DNA from: the human T2T-CHM13v2.0 reference genome, Homo sapiens
Direction: 5' to 3'
Assembly: GCA_009914755.4 (NCBI GenBank)
Contig: CP068257.2
Span: forward strand, 37,824,001 to 37,888,000
DNA length: 64,000 nt
This document shows, in pieces, positions 27,467-41,950 of the stretch. Each line of letters opens with the position of its first letter. Position 1 is the stretch's first letter. The notes below the pieces were generated by a model. That model was given only the letters and a program-made list of their open reading frames with translations, did no database searches and had not been told where the DNA came from. The position numbers and the translations under genes are program-made.

Positions 27467-29045
27467 CCATAGATGTTGCAAATATTTCCTCCACATTTCT
27501 TACTTGTCTTTTGACTTTCAAAAGGGATTTTTTTTTTGCAATGCAGAACTTAAATTTTTTTTGTGTAGCCAAATATATTAAATCTTTTCTCTTTGTGATT
27601 CCTGAATTCAGATTTTTGTTAAGGAAAGCTTTCTGTGCTCAGAAATTATCAGAAGAATCATCTCATGTTTCCTTCTAGTACTTTTCCAGGGAAAATAAGA
27701 TTTTAAATGTCTTAGTTTGCTTATTTTAATCATCCTTTTAAATTTAAGTGAGTTACAGTAGACACAAGATTAATGTAGGTGTCCACCAATGTTAACTCCT
27801 AGGATAAAATTACTACAGTTATTTTCTGCTATAAAAAAGAAGATTTCAAAGTCATCTCTTATCCCAGTTTGCTGTGATCTAGTAATTTTTTTTTTCATTT
27901 TAATTGCGGAGGAGAAAGAAAAGGTTTTCCAAATAATGACTGCTATTTTTAAGATGTATTTTCCTATAACAAATATGGATCTAATGAAATAAATATACAA
28001 ATTATTTCATGTTTAACTGTTTCTATTCTTTTTATTTCTACCTTCAGAGAAGTATTTGTAGTTTACCTTATGAGAAGCTTTGCTTAATTTGCTTTTCTGT
28101 GGTCTATGGACACACTTACAAAAGTATATTCATGAAGAAGAGGGCTTTGTTTCCAGAAAGTAGGTAAAAATGATTATTTTTATTTGTATGCTCAGATTTT
28201 AAAAGGAGACTCAAAAATTCTGAAGGATATGCAGGCTCAAAATAATGTTAGTCTAGATAGTCAATGTCTCTTTCTACATGATTAAAATGTATATAACTAT
28301 TATTTAAGTGGTCTCCCTGGCTTCTGAAGATTCTTGGTCAGTCATATGCCATGCCTGATGATGGCAGCAGGTGGAAGGAGACCCCAGAGGCAAGCAGTAG
28401 ATTTCATTGGGCAGTGAGGGGATTGGACATCAAGGGTAGTCCTCAGTGCCTTCCTGCCCCTGCCAGTTTGAACTTCTGCTACTCTATGCAGAGCAAATGA
28501 AGATATTATCCTGAGAGCCAGGGCAGACAACTGTTAGATTGAGAAAGGAGACACCACACTGGAAGCCAGGCACAGTTGAGGCCAGGCTCCCCGCCTGACA
28601 GAGGAATGTGAACTGGAAAGAGCAGACACATCTCTTGATGACAAGTTGGCATCTGTGCATTTTAGCCCAGGTAAGGGCCGGAGTGCCTGCCTGGGACCAA
28701 GATAGCCTGGGCCTGACTGAACACAAACAAAGAAGACCTAGATCGTTCAGCACAGAGGTGCCCATTTAGCAGAGGTATGAGTGTCTCCGGGTACTCAGGG
28801 CTGTAAGGAAACACAGGATGCAAACCCAGTTAGGGTGGGGAGAGGGCTTCTCAACATATCGATGTTACTGAACAAACTATGTTATGTTCCTAAAATTTAT
28901 TCTGAAATATGCCGTATGTGATAAGAAATACATAATTTAAAAAGGAGTGATACAGTGAGCAACCATTGTATGCACTATCCAGTTTAAGAAGGACAGTATA
29001 CTATTACCAGAAATGTGGAAGCCCTCTGTGTGCCTCTCTCCCTGA

Positions 29046-29364
<319 letters not shown>

Positions 29365-29640
29365 ACCTTATTTTTCATTTAAAAACCTTTGTCTTCTTTT
29401 ACCTCCCTGAATATGCACATAGTTTACTATGACACATGTGTTCCCATTGCAATTCCTTATTCCCAAACAAATATAATTTTCTTTTAGAGAGCCTCTTGTT
29501 CATCTGGGAAGCTTGCTAGGCTTGGGTTCTTCTCTGTGGGAAATGTTTCAATTTCCTTAATGAATGGACTGTTTAGGCTATCTACTTTTTCATAAGTTGG
29601 TTTTCATAATTCTGTTTCTATAAATTCTAAGATGTCTAGT

Positions 29641-29730
29641 TTTTTTTTTTTTTTTGAATCAGGGTCTTTGTCTGTTGCCCAGGCTGGAGTGCAGTGGTGC
29701 CATCATGGCCCATGGCAGCCTTGAGCTTGT
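29641..29730 (-). mobile_element. Alu fragment (tail-proximal ~90 bp)
   Basis: poly-T gaatcagggtctttgtctgttgcccaggctggagtgcagtggtgccatcatggcccatggcagcc. Confidence 0.7.
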
Positions 29731-30292
29731 TTTTAAGTTTTAAAGTCTAGTATAACATTTTTTTTCAAAAGTAAGAGGAAGGTACAGAAATTTCCCATGT
29801 ACCCCCTGTTCCCACACATGCAGAGCCTCCCCCATTATCAACATCCCCCCAAGTTTTAAATAAGATATTCTTAAGACCTGTTTAAAATAGGTAGTTATGT
29901 CTTCTCTTTATTCCTAATGTTTCTGTTGTGTCTTCTCTGATTTTTTTTTTTAAGTTTATGTTGTTCATAGTTTTTTGTTCATTTGTTTGTTTTTGGTCTT
30001 TTGGCTTATTGATTCTTTCTGATCTCTCTATACTTATATCTTTATAGCTAATTTTTCTCTTATTTTTAAAATTTCTGCCCTTGCCTGTATCATTTTTTCC
30101 TTCTATACACTTTTTTTTCCTCCCCTTACCTTAATGTTCAGTTAGATGCTTAGCTCACTTTTAACCTTTTTTTCTTCTCTAATGTCAATATTTAAGGCTA
30201 GAAATTTCTCACTGAGTACTGTCAGTTCATTCCATATATTTTGATATGCAGTATTTTCTTTTTTTTTAATTTAATTTTATTTATTATTATTA

Positions 30293-30583
30293 TTTTTTGA
30301 GACGGAGTTTTGCTCTTGTTGCCCAGGCTGGAGTGCAGTGGCCCGATCTCAGCTCATTGCAACCTCTGCCTCCCGAGTTCAAGTGATTGATTCTTCTGCC
30401 TCAGGCTTCCTGAGTAGCTGGGATTACAGGCGCCACCACGCCCGGTTAATTTTTTGTATTTTTAGTAGAGACAGGGTGTCATCATATTGGCCAGGTTGGT
30501 CTTGGACTCCTGACCTCAGGTGATCCACCAGCCTTGGCCTCCCAAAGTGCAGGGATTATGGACGTGAGCCGCCACGCCCAGCC
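30293..30583 (-). mobile_element. Alu (full length)
   Basis: ttttttgagacggagttttgctcttgttgcccaggctggagtgcagtggcccgatctcagctcattgcaacc ... gagccgccacgcccagcc. Confidence 0.9.
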
Positions 30584-30871
30584 TGCAGTATTTTCTTTAT
30601 TGTTAAGTATAAATGTTAAGATATTTATACCTTTCTTTTTTGACCCATGCATTGAAATTATGAGTACATTTGGAGTTTCTTCTACTTTATTATATGCTTT
30701 TAATTTTTCTCAGTTTTGCAGTTTTTTTAATCCTTTCTTGATGTAATTTTACTAAAGTCTCTTTTTTCTAATTTTATTTTCCCCTTTACTCAATTCAAAT
30801 AATCTATCCTTTTAGTGGTTAACTTAGCTATTTTAACATACATACTTAAATTAGTTAAAGATAATCAGTAA

Positions 30872-31187
<316 letters not shown>

Positions 31188-31689
31188 TCTGTCCCAAACA
31201 TTAAAAGGGCCTTTAGACACTTTCACCCTAATCACTCTGTTTACATGTGTTTGGTTTTTCAGTATTTCAGTTGGCCTCTCATCCTGCTTCACAAATTAGG
31301 CATTTCTATTTGTTGGTTGAACAATCAATGTTTGTTCAGATTTAGATTTACCCACATATTTACTATTAATTTTATCTTTACTTCTTGAATCTGAGATATT
31401 CCATCTGGAATTATTTTCTTCTTCCTGAATACATCCTATAAGTTTCTTTAAGTGAAGTTCTCTTGGTGGTAACTTCTCTAAGTTTTTGTTTGTTTAAAAA
31501 AAGGTATTTTCCAGACAATGTCTTTCTTTCACCTTCATGCTTGAAAAAATAGTTTTACTGAGTCTGGAATTCTGGGCTGATGTTTATTTTTTCTAAACAC
31601 ATTGAAATTATTATTTTACTTTCACCTGGCCTCTAAGTTGCTATTGAGAAGTCAGCTGTCAGTCTCATCACTATTCTTTTATTGGGAAA

Positions 31690-31800
31690 CTTTGTTTTTT
31701 CCTTTTTCTTTTCCTCCCTTTCTTCTTCTGTCCATTCTGTCTCCTTTTCTTCTTCCTCTTTCTCTTCGTCTTCTTCTTCCCCTCTCTCTGGTTGCTTTTA
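31690..31800. repeat. Polypyrimidine CT-rich tract (about 110 bp)
   Basis: ccttttcttttcctccctttcttcttctgtccattctgtctccttttcttcttcctctttctcttcgtcttcttcttcccctctctctgg. Confidence 0.75.
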
Positions 31801-31927
31801 ATAATATTTCTCTACGATGTGTCTAGGTTTAGAGTTATTTTTATTTATCTAGTTTAGAATTATTGATTGGGCTTCCTGAGACTAAGGGTTGTTATCTTTC
31901 AATAAGTCTAGAAAATTATTAGTAATT

Positions 31928-32070
31928 GGCCAGGCAAGATGTTGCATGCCTATAATCCTAGCACTTTGGGAGGCCGAGGTGGGAGGATTGCTTGAGCCCA
32001 GGTGTTAGAGACCAGCTTGGGCAGCATAGTGAGACCTTGTCTCAAACAATTAAATTAACAAAAAAAAAAT
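31928..32070 (+). mobile_element. Alu monomer (FLAM-like left arm)
   Basis: ggccaggcaagatgttgcatgcctataatcctagcactttgggaggccgaggtgggaggattgcttgagcccaggtgttagagaccagcttgggcagcatagtgagaccttgtctcaaacaa. Confidence 0.75.
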
Positions 32071-32261
32071 GTTTAGCAATTGTATGCTTGAGTTTAGGTT
32101 TTCCCCTATAATCTGTATTTGCTTCTCCAAGAGCTCCTATAAGACATCTGTTAGCTCTTCTCACACTGTTTTCATACAATAATATTTCCTCCACATTTTT
32201 CATCTTTTTTCCTCTCTAGATTATTTGTTGTTTGTTTGTTTGTTTATTTATTTATTATTTT

Positions 32262-32385
32262 TAAAAATAGAGACAGAGTCTTGCTATGTTGCCCAGGCTG
32301 GTCTTGAACTCCTGGGCTCAAACAATCCTCCCTTCTCTGACTCTTAAAGTGCTGGGATTATAGGCATGAGCCACCACACCCAGCC
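32262..32385 (-). mobile_element. Alu fragment (monomer-sized)
   Basis: agagacagagtcttgctatgttgcccaggctggtcttgaactcctgggctcaaacaatcc...gtgctgggattataggcatgagccaccacacccagcc. Confidence 0.75.
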
Positions 32386-34226
32386 TGGATGATTTCTTTG
32401 ACTGCATCTTCCAATTAGCTAATTTTCTCTTCACGTGTGTTTGTTTAATCCACATATTGGGTTTTACAATTCCGCTATTATATCTTTTTATTTTCAGGAG
32501 TTCTTTTTGGTTCCTTTCTAAATTTGCTTGATTGTTCTCTCTAGGTATTTATTCTGTTTTCGAGTTTCTCTTTTATTTCACTAAATATATTAAATATAGC
32601 TGTTTTATATTCTTTGCCTGATAATTCCAATATCTGATTCTGATTTTTAATTCCACCTTCTGTTATTTCTTCATGCTCTCACTATGTTTTCTTTTTATTC
32701 CCTTATTTATATTGTAACTTTTGGCTTCAAACTGCTCATTTTTAAAAACTTTATTAGTGGCTATCTTAGTCTGTTTTGTGCTGCTAAAACAGAATACCAC
32801 AGACTGGGTAGTTTATAAACAATAGAAGTTTATTTGGCTCATAGCTCTGGAGGTGGAAAGTCCAAGATCGAGGGGCAGCATTTGATGAGGGCTTTCTGGC
32901 TGCATCAAACATGGCTGAAGGTATCCCAGGAGCAAGAGAAAGGGAGAGCCCAAACTCACAGCCTCAAGCCTTTTTATAAATGTCATCAATCAGTTCATGA
33001 GGGTGGTCCCCTTATGGCCTCAACAGCTCCCCTTAGGCCCCACCTCCCAACACTGTTGCATTGGGGATTAAGTTTCCAACACAAGCTTTTTGGCGGAGAC
33101 ATTCAAATCACAGCAGCGGATACTGTTTGAGGCCTGGGGTTTATTTCTGCTAGTTTCCTTAGAACTGTATCAAACCTAGACACATCTTAAACTCAGATTT
33201 CCTTTTAAGATTTTTTAGGATCACACATGGCATGGGAATTTGAACTGCAACCTCTCATGAATTCTACTTGTGGTTATAAATTCTCAGAGGAGAATATTTT
33301 CCCCTTCACCCAGAAGCAAAGTTGAATCAGGGAAGTTTCCTTCCATTCTGTTCTGCCTGGTGGGGTATTTTCTCATTCATATTTACTTTGAAGGCAGAAC
33401 CCTCTGAAGTTCTGGTGTGTGTGCTTTATGAAACTCCCCAGCTTGACGAGGCTCCGGGCTTTATCTACATCCCCCTTTTTCCTCTTCAGTGTCAAAGTGA
33501 TGGTAAAGGTGTCATGTGTGTGTCAGAAACTCTCAGCATGTTCGGTGGCTTTGGTGTGTGCTTATTCTCAGGATTCACGCTCTCACTGGCTGGACTCTTT
33601 TATGCCAGGTCAGCAGTGTATTTAAATTTTTTTTTTTCTTAATTGGGTTAAAAATTTTCTTTGAGACAACTTTTAGGGCCTCTAATCTGCCATAGTAGCA
33701 GAACTGGGAGTTGAAAACCTGTTTTATGTTCATTATTTTCTACATATATTTGGTAGCATCAAGTCAAAGATAATGATGAATTGTTCTTCAGCCTTCTGAA
33801 ATTCTGAAGAAGGTATTTGGTCTTAAATTGAAGCAAAAGACTAGTTCACTCAACTATAATAAAACCTTTCTTGCCTCGAAATCTAGAGTTGGCCAACTAA
33901 AGAAGTTTTCAGAACTTTATATATGGAATTTCTGGGAAATAGCATAGATTTACTTTATTACATTTCACCAACTTACTGCTACTACTATTAACGTGTTATC
34001 TCATGTAATCTTTTAACAATGATTAGTAAGTGTGTACTCTGGGAATCAATCAGAATTTCTGATACCAAAGTTCCTGCACTTACTCATGATGTTATATTCC
34101 TTTCAACCAAGATTTGAGGCAGCTTCCAACCATGTATTCAGTATAAAAGAATAAAATTAATCACTGAGAGACTTGAGGCAATGGATAGGAAAACAATAAA
34201 GCTTTGAATAAGAGTAACACACAGGA

Positions 34227-34586
<360 letters not shown>

Positions 34587-34590
34587 TTAA

Positions 34591-34889
<299 letters not shown>

Positions 34890-35515
34890 TGGTTTTAAGC
34901 TTTTTGAACATACACTAAGAGTAGGGTAGGCAAAGAACAACTAAGTTGGTTTGTGTGTTGCCCTGTAGGACAAACACCTGTGACTTTGTGAGCCTTTTTG
35001 CAACACTGTTGAAATTGCATCAAGGCCCTGATGATGAAGATTGGCAGTAATAAAGTAGTCTGGGGGAATATCGTTTATGTTTTAATTATAAAAATTGAAA
35101 CTCTTCTAAGCTATTGACAGCTGCATTACTGGGAAGGTGGTTTAGGGCTGGACCTGCCTGGTGAAGGACTGGCCCTGGTAGGATCTGGATGGGGTGGTAG
35201 CTTCATTGAGCATCAGATTTCAATCCACTACCAAGTTTCCAATCACTCCAGTTGTTCCTATTTTGCCAAAACAGTCGCCCTCTATGTCCCCCATGGTCTT
35301 GTGCCTGTTCGTATTGGGAGGGCCTGAGATGCATCTGGGCCCTTAGAGATACTTTAATCACAGTATGGACAGCCTGTATCATCTCAGTCTCAGCTGATCA
35401 GGGACCATATGCATAGGGCCAGATTATAAGTAAACCAGCTAGTGGTGTGAAACTTGGAAAAGCCATTTACTGTGTATATTTGGGTCTTGTCAGCAATTCC
35501 TGAGCATGGGTAGGG

Positions 35516-35535
35516 GTGTGTGTGTGTGTGTGTGC
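35516..35535. repeat. (TG)n microsatellite
   Basis: gtgtgtgtgtgtgtgtgtgtg. Confidence 0.85.
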
Positions 35536-35659
35536 TCTTGCTGTGGTATACAAGCACAATGAAAGTGTATAAAAACAAATGTAAAGTTCATGGTTAGATT
35601 TCTTAACTCTGGAGGTTAGTCATCTTTGATAAAGCAAACTGGGATGACTTTTTGTGTGA

Positions 35660-35938
<279 letters not shown>

Positions 35939-37942
35939 TAAATTAACATGACTTTAGTACACTTCTTATTCTGATGCAGTCCTATGCATAGAGAGAATGC
36001 AGTTTTTACTAAAAAAAGTTCCAAAATTATGCTTTTCATATTTATGCTGTGTTTTCACCTTGTTACAATAAATTTTATAATACCTAAGTTAGGAAATATC
36101 ATTACTTTGAATAATCTTAAGTGCATTCATTAAATATGTAAACATTTGAGCTCCTAGGTTGTGTTTATACAATTATTTTGTTTTGAATTGACTTCTCATA
36201 TAGCTTTATATGAGTTAATTTCATAATGATATATACCCTTACATTATTTCTATTTAAATGAACCAAACTACATTTTGGTCTCATAAAAATGGGACAGGTA
36301 AGATCTCGATTCAACGACAAGGTAGGTTTTATCAGATTTTTTTCTTCCAGTGACGTCTCATCTTTGATTATGTATAATTAAATAGAGAGTTATGCTAATA
36401 AAGCAGGAACCATGAATTTGACTTGTGTGCATGTTTAATTCATGTGACTTGCTAAGACTTGCTGATGGATTGAATGTGGATAGGGATGGATTCCATGATG
36501 ACTTCTAATCAGTGTGTGTAAAAATCCACTCTGAGAGAGGACCATATTGAGGGGGGAAGTTAAGTTTGAATGAGACAGCTGAGTGAAGAAGTGAGGTAGG
36601 CAATTGCATACTGATCTGTGTCTCTGCAAAGTCTGGTTGGAGACACACACGTGGAAGCTGCGAACGCATGTAGATGGAGCTGAAGTCATGAAAAGTGGAT
36701 GAAACAGAGTAATGAGAGAGTTGACAGGATGGAGACCAGAGTGGGGGTGGAGGTGGGACTTCAAGTTTAAAGTTGCCTGGAAGATGAGAAACCAGTTGAG
36801 GAGGCTAAGATGGAGAGTAGGGAAGGCAGGAGGAGACCAGGAGCGTGTGGCGTCATGGAAGCCCAGGAGGAGCTCGGCTCTTTACAGAAGAGGGTGATGT
36901 TAGTTGTGACAAATGCGGCTGAGAGATTGAGTCAGGTGAGGCCATAAAAGTGACCACTGGCTTTGATGACATGGAGGTCATTAGAGGCCATGACAGAAGT
37001 AGTTTCTGAGGAGAGGTGGAAGCAGATGTATGTGGTCTAGACAGAGTGGTCTAAGGAGGGCTGGTAGTGAGAACGAGGGACTATGCATAGACAATTATTT
37101 TGGGGGAATTTTCCCACAGAGTGAAAGAGAAAAATGGCAGACATCATTGTTTTAAAAAATGCCCTACTCCTTCCCACCACTGGAAATTTGGGCAGAGTCC
37201 CTTGCGTCCCTGCTTGCTGCCGGTTCCCTAGCTTCCTCTCTCCTCCCTATGTTCTGGAAAGTTCCCCCATCTCTGTTCTTTACCCAAGCTCAATCTCTCG
37301 TCTTAACCCAAGTTCTCTGTCTTTCAGTAGACATCTCCCGTATTCCTACTACTTCTCAATCCCCTTCCTCCAGACCCCAGACCTGTGGGTGGTAGGAGGG
37401 GAGAGTCTAGTTTTTACAAAGGCCCACTAGGGGGTTATCTAAACAAAAGGGAATTTTCTATCCTTGGTCAATAATAATGTGGCAAAGCTTTGAAATGACT
37501 TTTTTTTAACCTTTTGTAGGTCAAATTTTTGACAGAGTTACTGTCTTCACCAAGAGTCCCAATAAACAGAAGGGGAGACGGTAGTAGAAAAATATATTTT
37601 CTGTCTGTTCATCACAAATTCCAGGAATCATGTCTTCCTTATTTCTTCCCTTTGCAATATCTTTTTATTTTTTATTCCTTTTTTTATAGCATTAGAATCT
37701 TTTATTTTTTCATGTGGCTATAGCCTTCATGATGATCATTTAAAACTTTTGTCTGATACTCTATTACACTGATGTATCATAATTGACTTCCTTATTCCTA
37801 TATGTTTAATTTTTACTTATTATTGTGTCATAAACATGTTTATGCTATTATGGTGTCATAATGTCATCTAAATATTTTGTATAATGTTCCATCAAGTTGA
37901 TGTGCCATGCATTTAAAAAAATTTTTGTTCATTTATTTATTT

Positions 37943-38061
37943 TTTAGAGACAGGATCTTGCTATGTTGCCCAGGCTAGTTTTGAACTTCTGGGCTCAAGT
38001 TGTCCTCCTGCCTCAGCTTTCCAAGTAGCCAGGACTACAGGTGTGAGCCACTGTGTCCAGC
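37943..38061 (-). mobile_element. Alu fragment (monomer-sized)
   Basis: agagacaggatcttgctatgttgcccaggctagttttgaacttctgggctcaagttgtcctcctgcctcagc...gtgagccactgtgtccagc. Confidence 0.75.
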
Positions 38062-39712
38062 ATAATATTTTTTCACTATGCTTATATTTTTGAACCTGGG
38101 GTTGCTCATTATTTTTAATTACAAATAACTCTGCACTGATTTTCACCATGAAATAGTATTCTTTATTTTGGAGTATTTCCTTAGGATAAATTCCCGGTAG
38201 CTCTTTCAGTGAGACAAAAATGCACACAACTTTTTATGGCTTTGAACGTGCCTCCAGATTACTTTCTGGGAGGATTATAACATTCATCCTGCTGCACTGT
38301 GGTGGACCAGCTTCACTGTACCTTCCAGATATGAGCATTTTAATGACCTTGATCTTAGGACCATTAAATTGTATTTTAGAAATTTGTTTCTGGTTTTACT
38401 GTGCTATGAGGAGGGAATTTGGTTTTGATAAATGTCTGTCTTAAGTGTCTTTGTAACTGAATGTATATTTTTTCATTTTTGTGTGATATTTTATTTTTTA
38501 AGTTGACAAATAAAGTGTATATTTACCATGTACAATGTGATGTTGTGAAATACGTATACATTGTGGATTGGCTAAACTGAGCTAATTAACATCTGCCTTT
38601 CATTGAATACTTTTTTTTTGTGGTGAGAACACTTAAAATCTACTCTCAGTGATGTTCAAAACACAGTGCATTGTTATTTGCTATAGTCACTATCTTGTAA
38701 AATCAATATCTTGAACTTATTTCTCCTAACAGACTATTTTGCTATAAAAGATTGTTTTCTGAATATTAAAAAAATAACTTTTTTCAAATATTACATATAT
38801 GATATTGGAAAGGTCAAATAGTCCTACAAAGATTACTTTTTAAAAAAACAGTCCTGCTAAACATTTCATGCCAGAAAATGCCTTATATTTTCCTGCTTTA
38901 GTCTGCAGTGTGCTTAGGTGCAGAATTCCAGGCTGGACGTTGCTGCACCTCAGAACCGGGAAGGTGCCGCTCCATCATCTCTTCCCACTTCCAGAGCTGC
39001 TCTGAGATCACGTCTGATGCCAGTCTGTCTCCAGATCTTTTTATCTGCCTATTTTTGTCTTTCCCAATTCTGGGAGATTTTAGGGTCCAATTTTTTGGTT
39101 TTGAAGTTGTACGATGAGGTAGCTCGTAGAGGTCTTCGTTATTTGTGCTGGGCATTTGCTGGGACCCTTTAATTTGGAAGGTCATGTGCCTTGGCTCTGA
39201 AAAACAAAATGTTAGAGGACTTCTATGCGGATTCATTTCCAGTTCATTTTCACTTTCTTTTCTTTTTGGAATTCTTCTTATTTAAATGTTGGACCTCTTG
39301 GATGAATTCTCTAATTTTCTTATCTTTTCTCTCCCATTTTCCATATTTTTGTATTTTTCTGCTTTCTGGGATATTTTCTTAATTTTCTACCTTATCTTCC
39401 CTCTATTGGTAGTTTTTTTCCATTTCTCCTATCAATCATATCTGAACTTCTCAAAAGCTCTTTTTTGTTGTTATCTCTGCATGTTCCCTTATTAAATAGC
39501 TTCCTATTCTTATTATGTAGGTTCATTATTTTTCTTAATTCTGAGTTTATTAAATATAGTTTTCTTTTACATCTTCTTCAACTCATTGCATTCTCTGTTT
39601 TCTCTAATTCTGTTTCTTCTCTGTTTGCTTTGCTTTCCTTTTTATTTTTATGTAAGTTGTTTTCCTCAGATGTTTGGTGATCTTTGACTGTTTGTATTTA
39701 AAACAAAGTACT

Positions 39713-39825
39713 GAGCTGGCAGTGGTGGGTGCATGTCTGTATTCCCAGCAACTAGGAAGGCTGAGGTGAGAGGATTGCTTGTGCCTAGGGTTTCGAGGCC
39801 AGTCTTGGCAACATAACGAGGCTAT
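39713..39825 (+). mobile_element. Alu-family monomer (FAM/FLAM-like), immediately 5' of the (GGT)n array
   Basis: gagctggcagtggtgggtgcatgtctgtattcccagcaactaggaaggctgaggtgagaggattgcttgtgcctagggtttcgaggccagtcttggcaacataacgagg. Confidence 0.65.
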
Positions 39826-39826
39826 G

Positions 39827-40134
39827 TGGTGGTGGTGGTGGAGGTGGTAAGGGTGGTGGTGGTGGTGGTGGTGGTGGTGGTGGTGATGGTAGTGCTGGTG
39901 GTGATAGTGATGGTGGTAGTGGTAATGGTCATGGTGGTGATGGTGGTGGTGGAGTGGTAGAGGTGGTGATTGTGGTGGTGATGGTGGAGATGATGGTGGT
40001 GGTGATGGTGGTGGTGGTGACAGTGATGGTGGTGATGGTGGTAGTGGTGGTGAGGTGGGTGATGGTGGTGGTGATGGTAGTGGTGGTGATGTTGGTGTTG
40101 GTGGTGGTGATGGTAGTGGAGGTGGGGGTGATGG
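39827..40134. repeat. (GGT)n / (GGTGAT)n-type G-rich minisatellite, about 300 bp
   Basis: gtggtggtggtggaggtggtaagggtggtggtggtggtggtggtggtggtggtgatggtagtgctggtggtgatagtgatggtgg... continues to ggtggtgatggtagtggaggtgggggtgatgg. It is the source of the His-rich ORF 39822-40175 (-) and the Val/Met-rich ORF 39954-40148 (+). Confidence 0.9.
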
Positions 40135-40794
40135 AAAGTGGGAGATAAATCTGGCTGCCAGTGTTCTAGAAGCAAGTAGGGAAGGGAATGGAGGGTCTCC
40201 CCTTTCAGAATGTGAACTTCTTATATAGACCCCTTGTTTTCAGTATGGTTGCCTACTTCAGCTGGCCTCATGCCCAGGAGGTCATATTTCCTCTAGTTCA
40301 GCTTCTACAGAGACAAAAACTGCTTATTTAGAAGGGGACAGTCACTTGCCGTCCAGGGATGAGGAGGGAAACTAAATCTACTTCTTCTTTCTCTCACATC
40401 GCTCTTTGTAAGCAATTAGGTTTCAGATTTTTTCTGGTTAAGTCAATTATTACTCAACGATTCCCTTTACTGCCTTTGAATTTCCGTAGACATTTTTTTT
40501 TTCCTGCAAAAAGACTTCTTGTCCATTTACCCTGTTCTTGTGAATTTATCCTTTTCTTTTTAACATCTTTGTTGTATTGTCAGTGGGGCTCTGGTAAGAA
40601 GCCAAAGCAAATATCTGTTTTCAGCTTCTCATGATTAACTAGAAACTGCCTGTAGTTTTCAATGGTCCCAGTCTTCCTGAAAAGGAACTATCATCCCCTG
40701 TTATTCCATTAATTTCTTTCCATATGTTGGTTAATTTAATTTAATCTATTTTTAGTTACATAATTTGAGATTAAGGATTTTAATATCTTTGCTC

Positions 40795-41350
40795 TTTTTA
40801 AAAAAATAGTTTTATTGGGATATAATTCACACACCACACAATTCACCCATTTAAAGTGTACAATTCAATGGCTTTTAGTATATGTAGAGTTGTGCAACCA
40901 CCACCACTGTCTACTTCCAAAATACTGTAATCATCCTTAAAAGAAACCCAGTACCCCTTAGCTGTCACCCCCTAATTCAGCCATTCTTCCTGCCTAGGGA
41001 ACCACTCAAATGCTTTCGTTCTCTGCAGGCTTGCCTCATCTGAGCATTTAATGCCAGTGGAACCATACACCATGGGGTCCTTTGTGACTGGCTTCTTTCA
41101 CTTGGCATCATGTTGTCAAGGCTTGTCTGTGTTGTAGCAGGTGTCAGCACTTCTTTCTTTGTTAGGGCAGACTACTATCCATGGCACGAATGGATGGACT
41201 GCATTTTACACATCCATTCCTCAGTGGCTGGGTATTTGGGTTGTTTCCACGTTTTGGCTATCATGAATACTGCTGCGATGACCATTTGTGTATCTTTTGT
41301 TTAATCGATTTCCAATACTTCTACAGTTGCTGCTTTGTATCAGAATCTCT
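40795..41350 (-). mobile_element. L1 (old L1M-type) 3'UTR fragment
   Basis: ttttattgggatataattcacacaccacacaattcacccatttaaagtgtacaattcaatggcttttagtatatgtagagttgtgcaaccaccaccactgtctacttccaaaatactgtaatcatcc ... ccatacaccatggggtcctttgtgactggcttctttcacttggcatcatgttgtcaaggcttgtctgtgttgtagcaggtgtcagcacttctttctttgttagggcagactactatccatggcacgaatggatggactgcattttacacatccattcctcagtggctgggtatttgggttgtttccacgttttggctatcatgaatactgctgcgatgaccatttgtgtatc matches the conserved mammalian L1 3' end. This stretch is the reverse complement of that L1 3' end, hence the minus-strand call. Confidence 0.75.
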
Positions 41351-41809
41351 TGGACAATTTTAAAAAATTCAGATGCCTGAGTTTTACTCTAGACTTACTG
41401 ACCCTAAATTACCAGGGGAGAGGCCCAGGGATCTACATTTGCAAAAAGTCCCTTAGTTGATTCTGATGCTCATTTCTGTTTAACAACCACTACACTGGAG
41501 ACTCATTTAACTAATATTCATGTATATGCTTCTCCAGAATGAATGTGGTATCTTATTTGCTTTAGTTAAGAAACTCAAATAGGCAGGGAAATTGTAAGGC
41601 CACTTTGTTCCTTTCCCCATTCCTGATTCTCTCCTGCATTCATCAATTTGGTATCTCTCTTTCCACAAGCAAGACATCTTTTTGTGCTGTATTTTCAATG
41701 CCTAATTGTTATATTGTATGAAATCTGCTTTTTAAAAAGACACCATGGACATTTTATTAATATTTTTAAACAACAATAGTAGTAGCAGTCGCAACAAGAA
41801 CAAACTCTT

Positions 41810-41950
41810 AGCCAGGCATTGTGGTTCGTGCCTGTAATCCTAGCACTTAGGAAGGTAGAGGCAGGAGGATAGTTTGAGCCCAGGCATTTGTGACCTGCCT
41901 GGGCAACATAGTGAGACCCTGTTCTCAAAAACAAACAAAAACAAACAAAC
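41810..41950 (+). mobile_element. Alu monomer (FLAM-like)
   Basis: agccaggcattgtggttcgtgcctgtaatcctagcacttaggaaggtagaggcaggaggatagtttgagcccaggcatttgtgacctgcctgggcaacatagtgagaccctgttctcaaaaacaaacaaa. Confidence 0.75.

Noticed and set aside
39822-40175. 117-aa poly-His/Thr ORF (minus) and a 64-aa poly-Val/Met ORF (plus)
   Set aside because: These are direct translations of the (GGT)n/(GGTGAT)n minisatellite.
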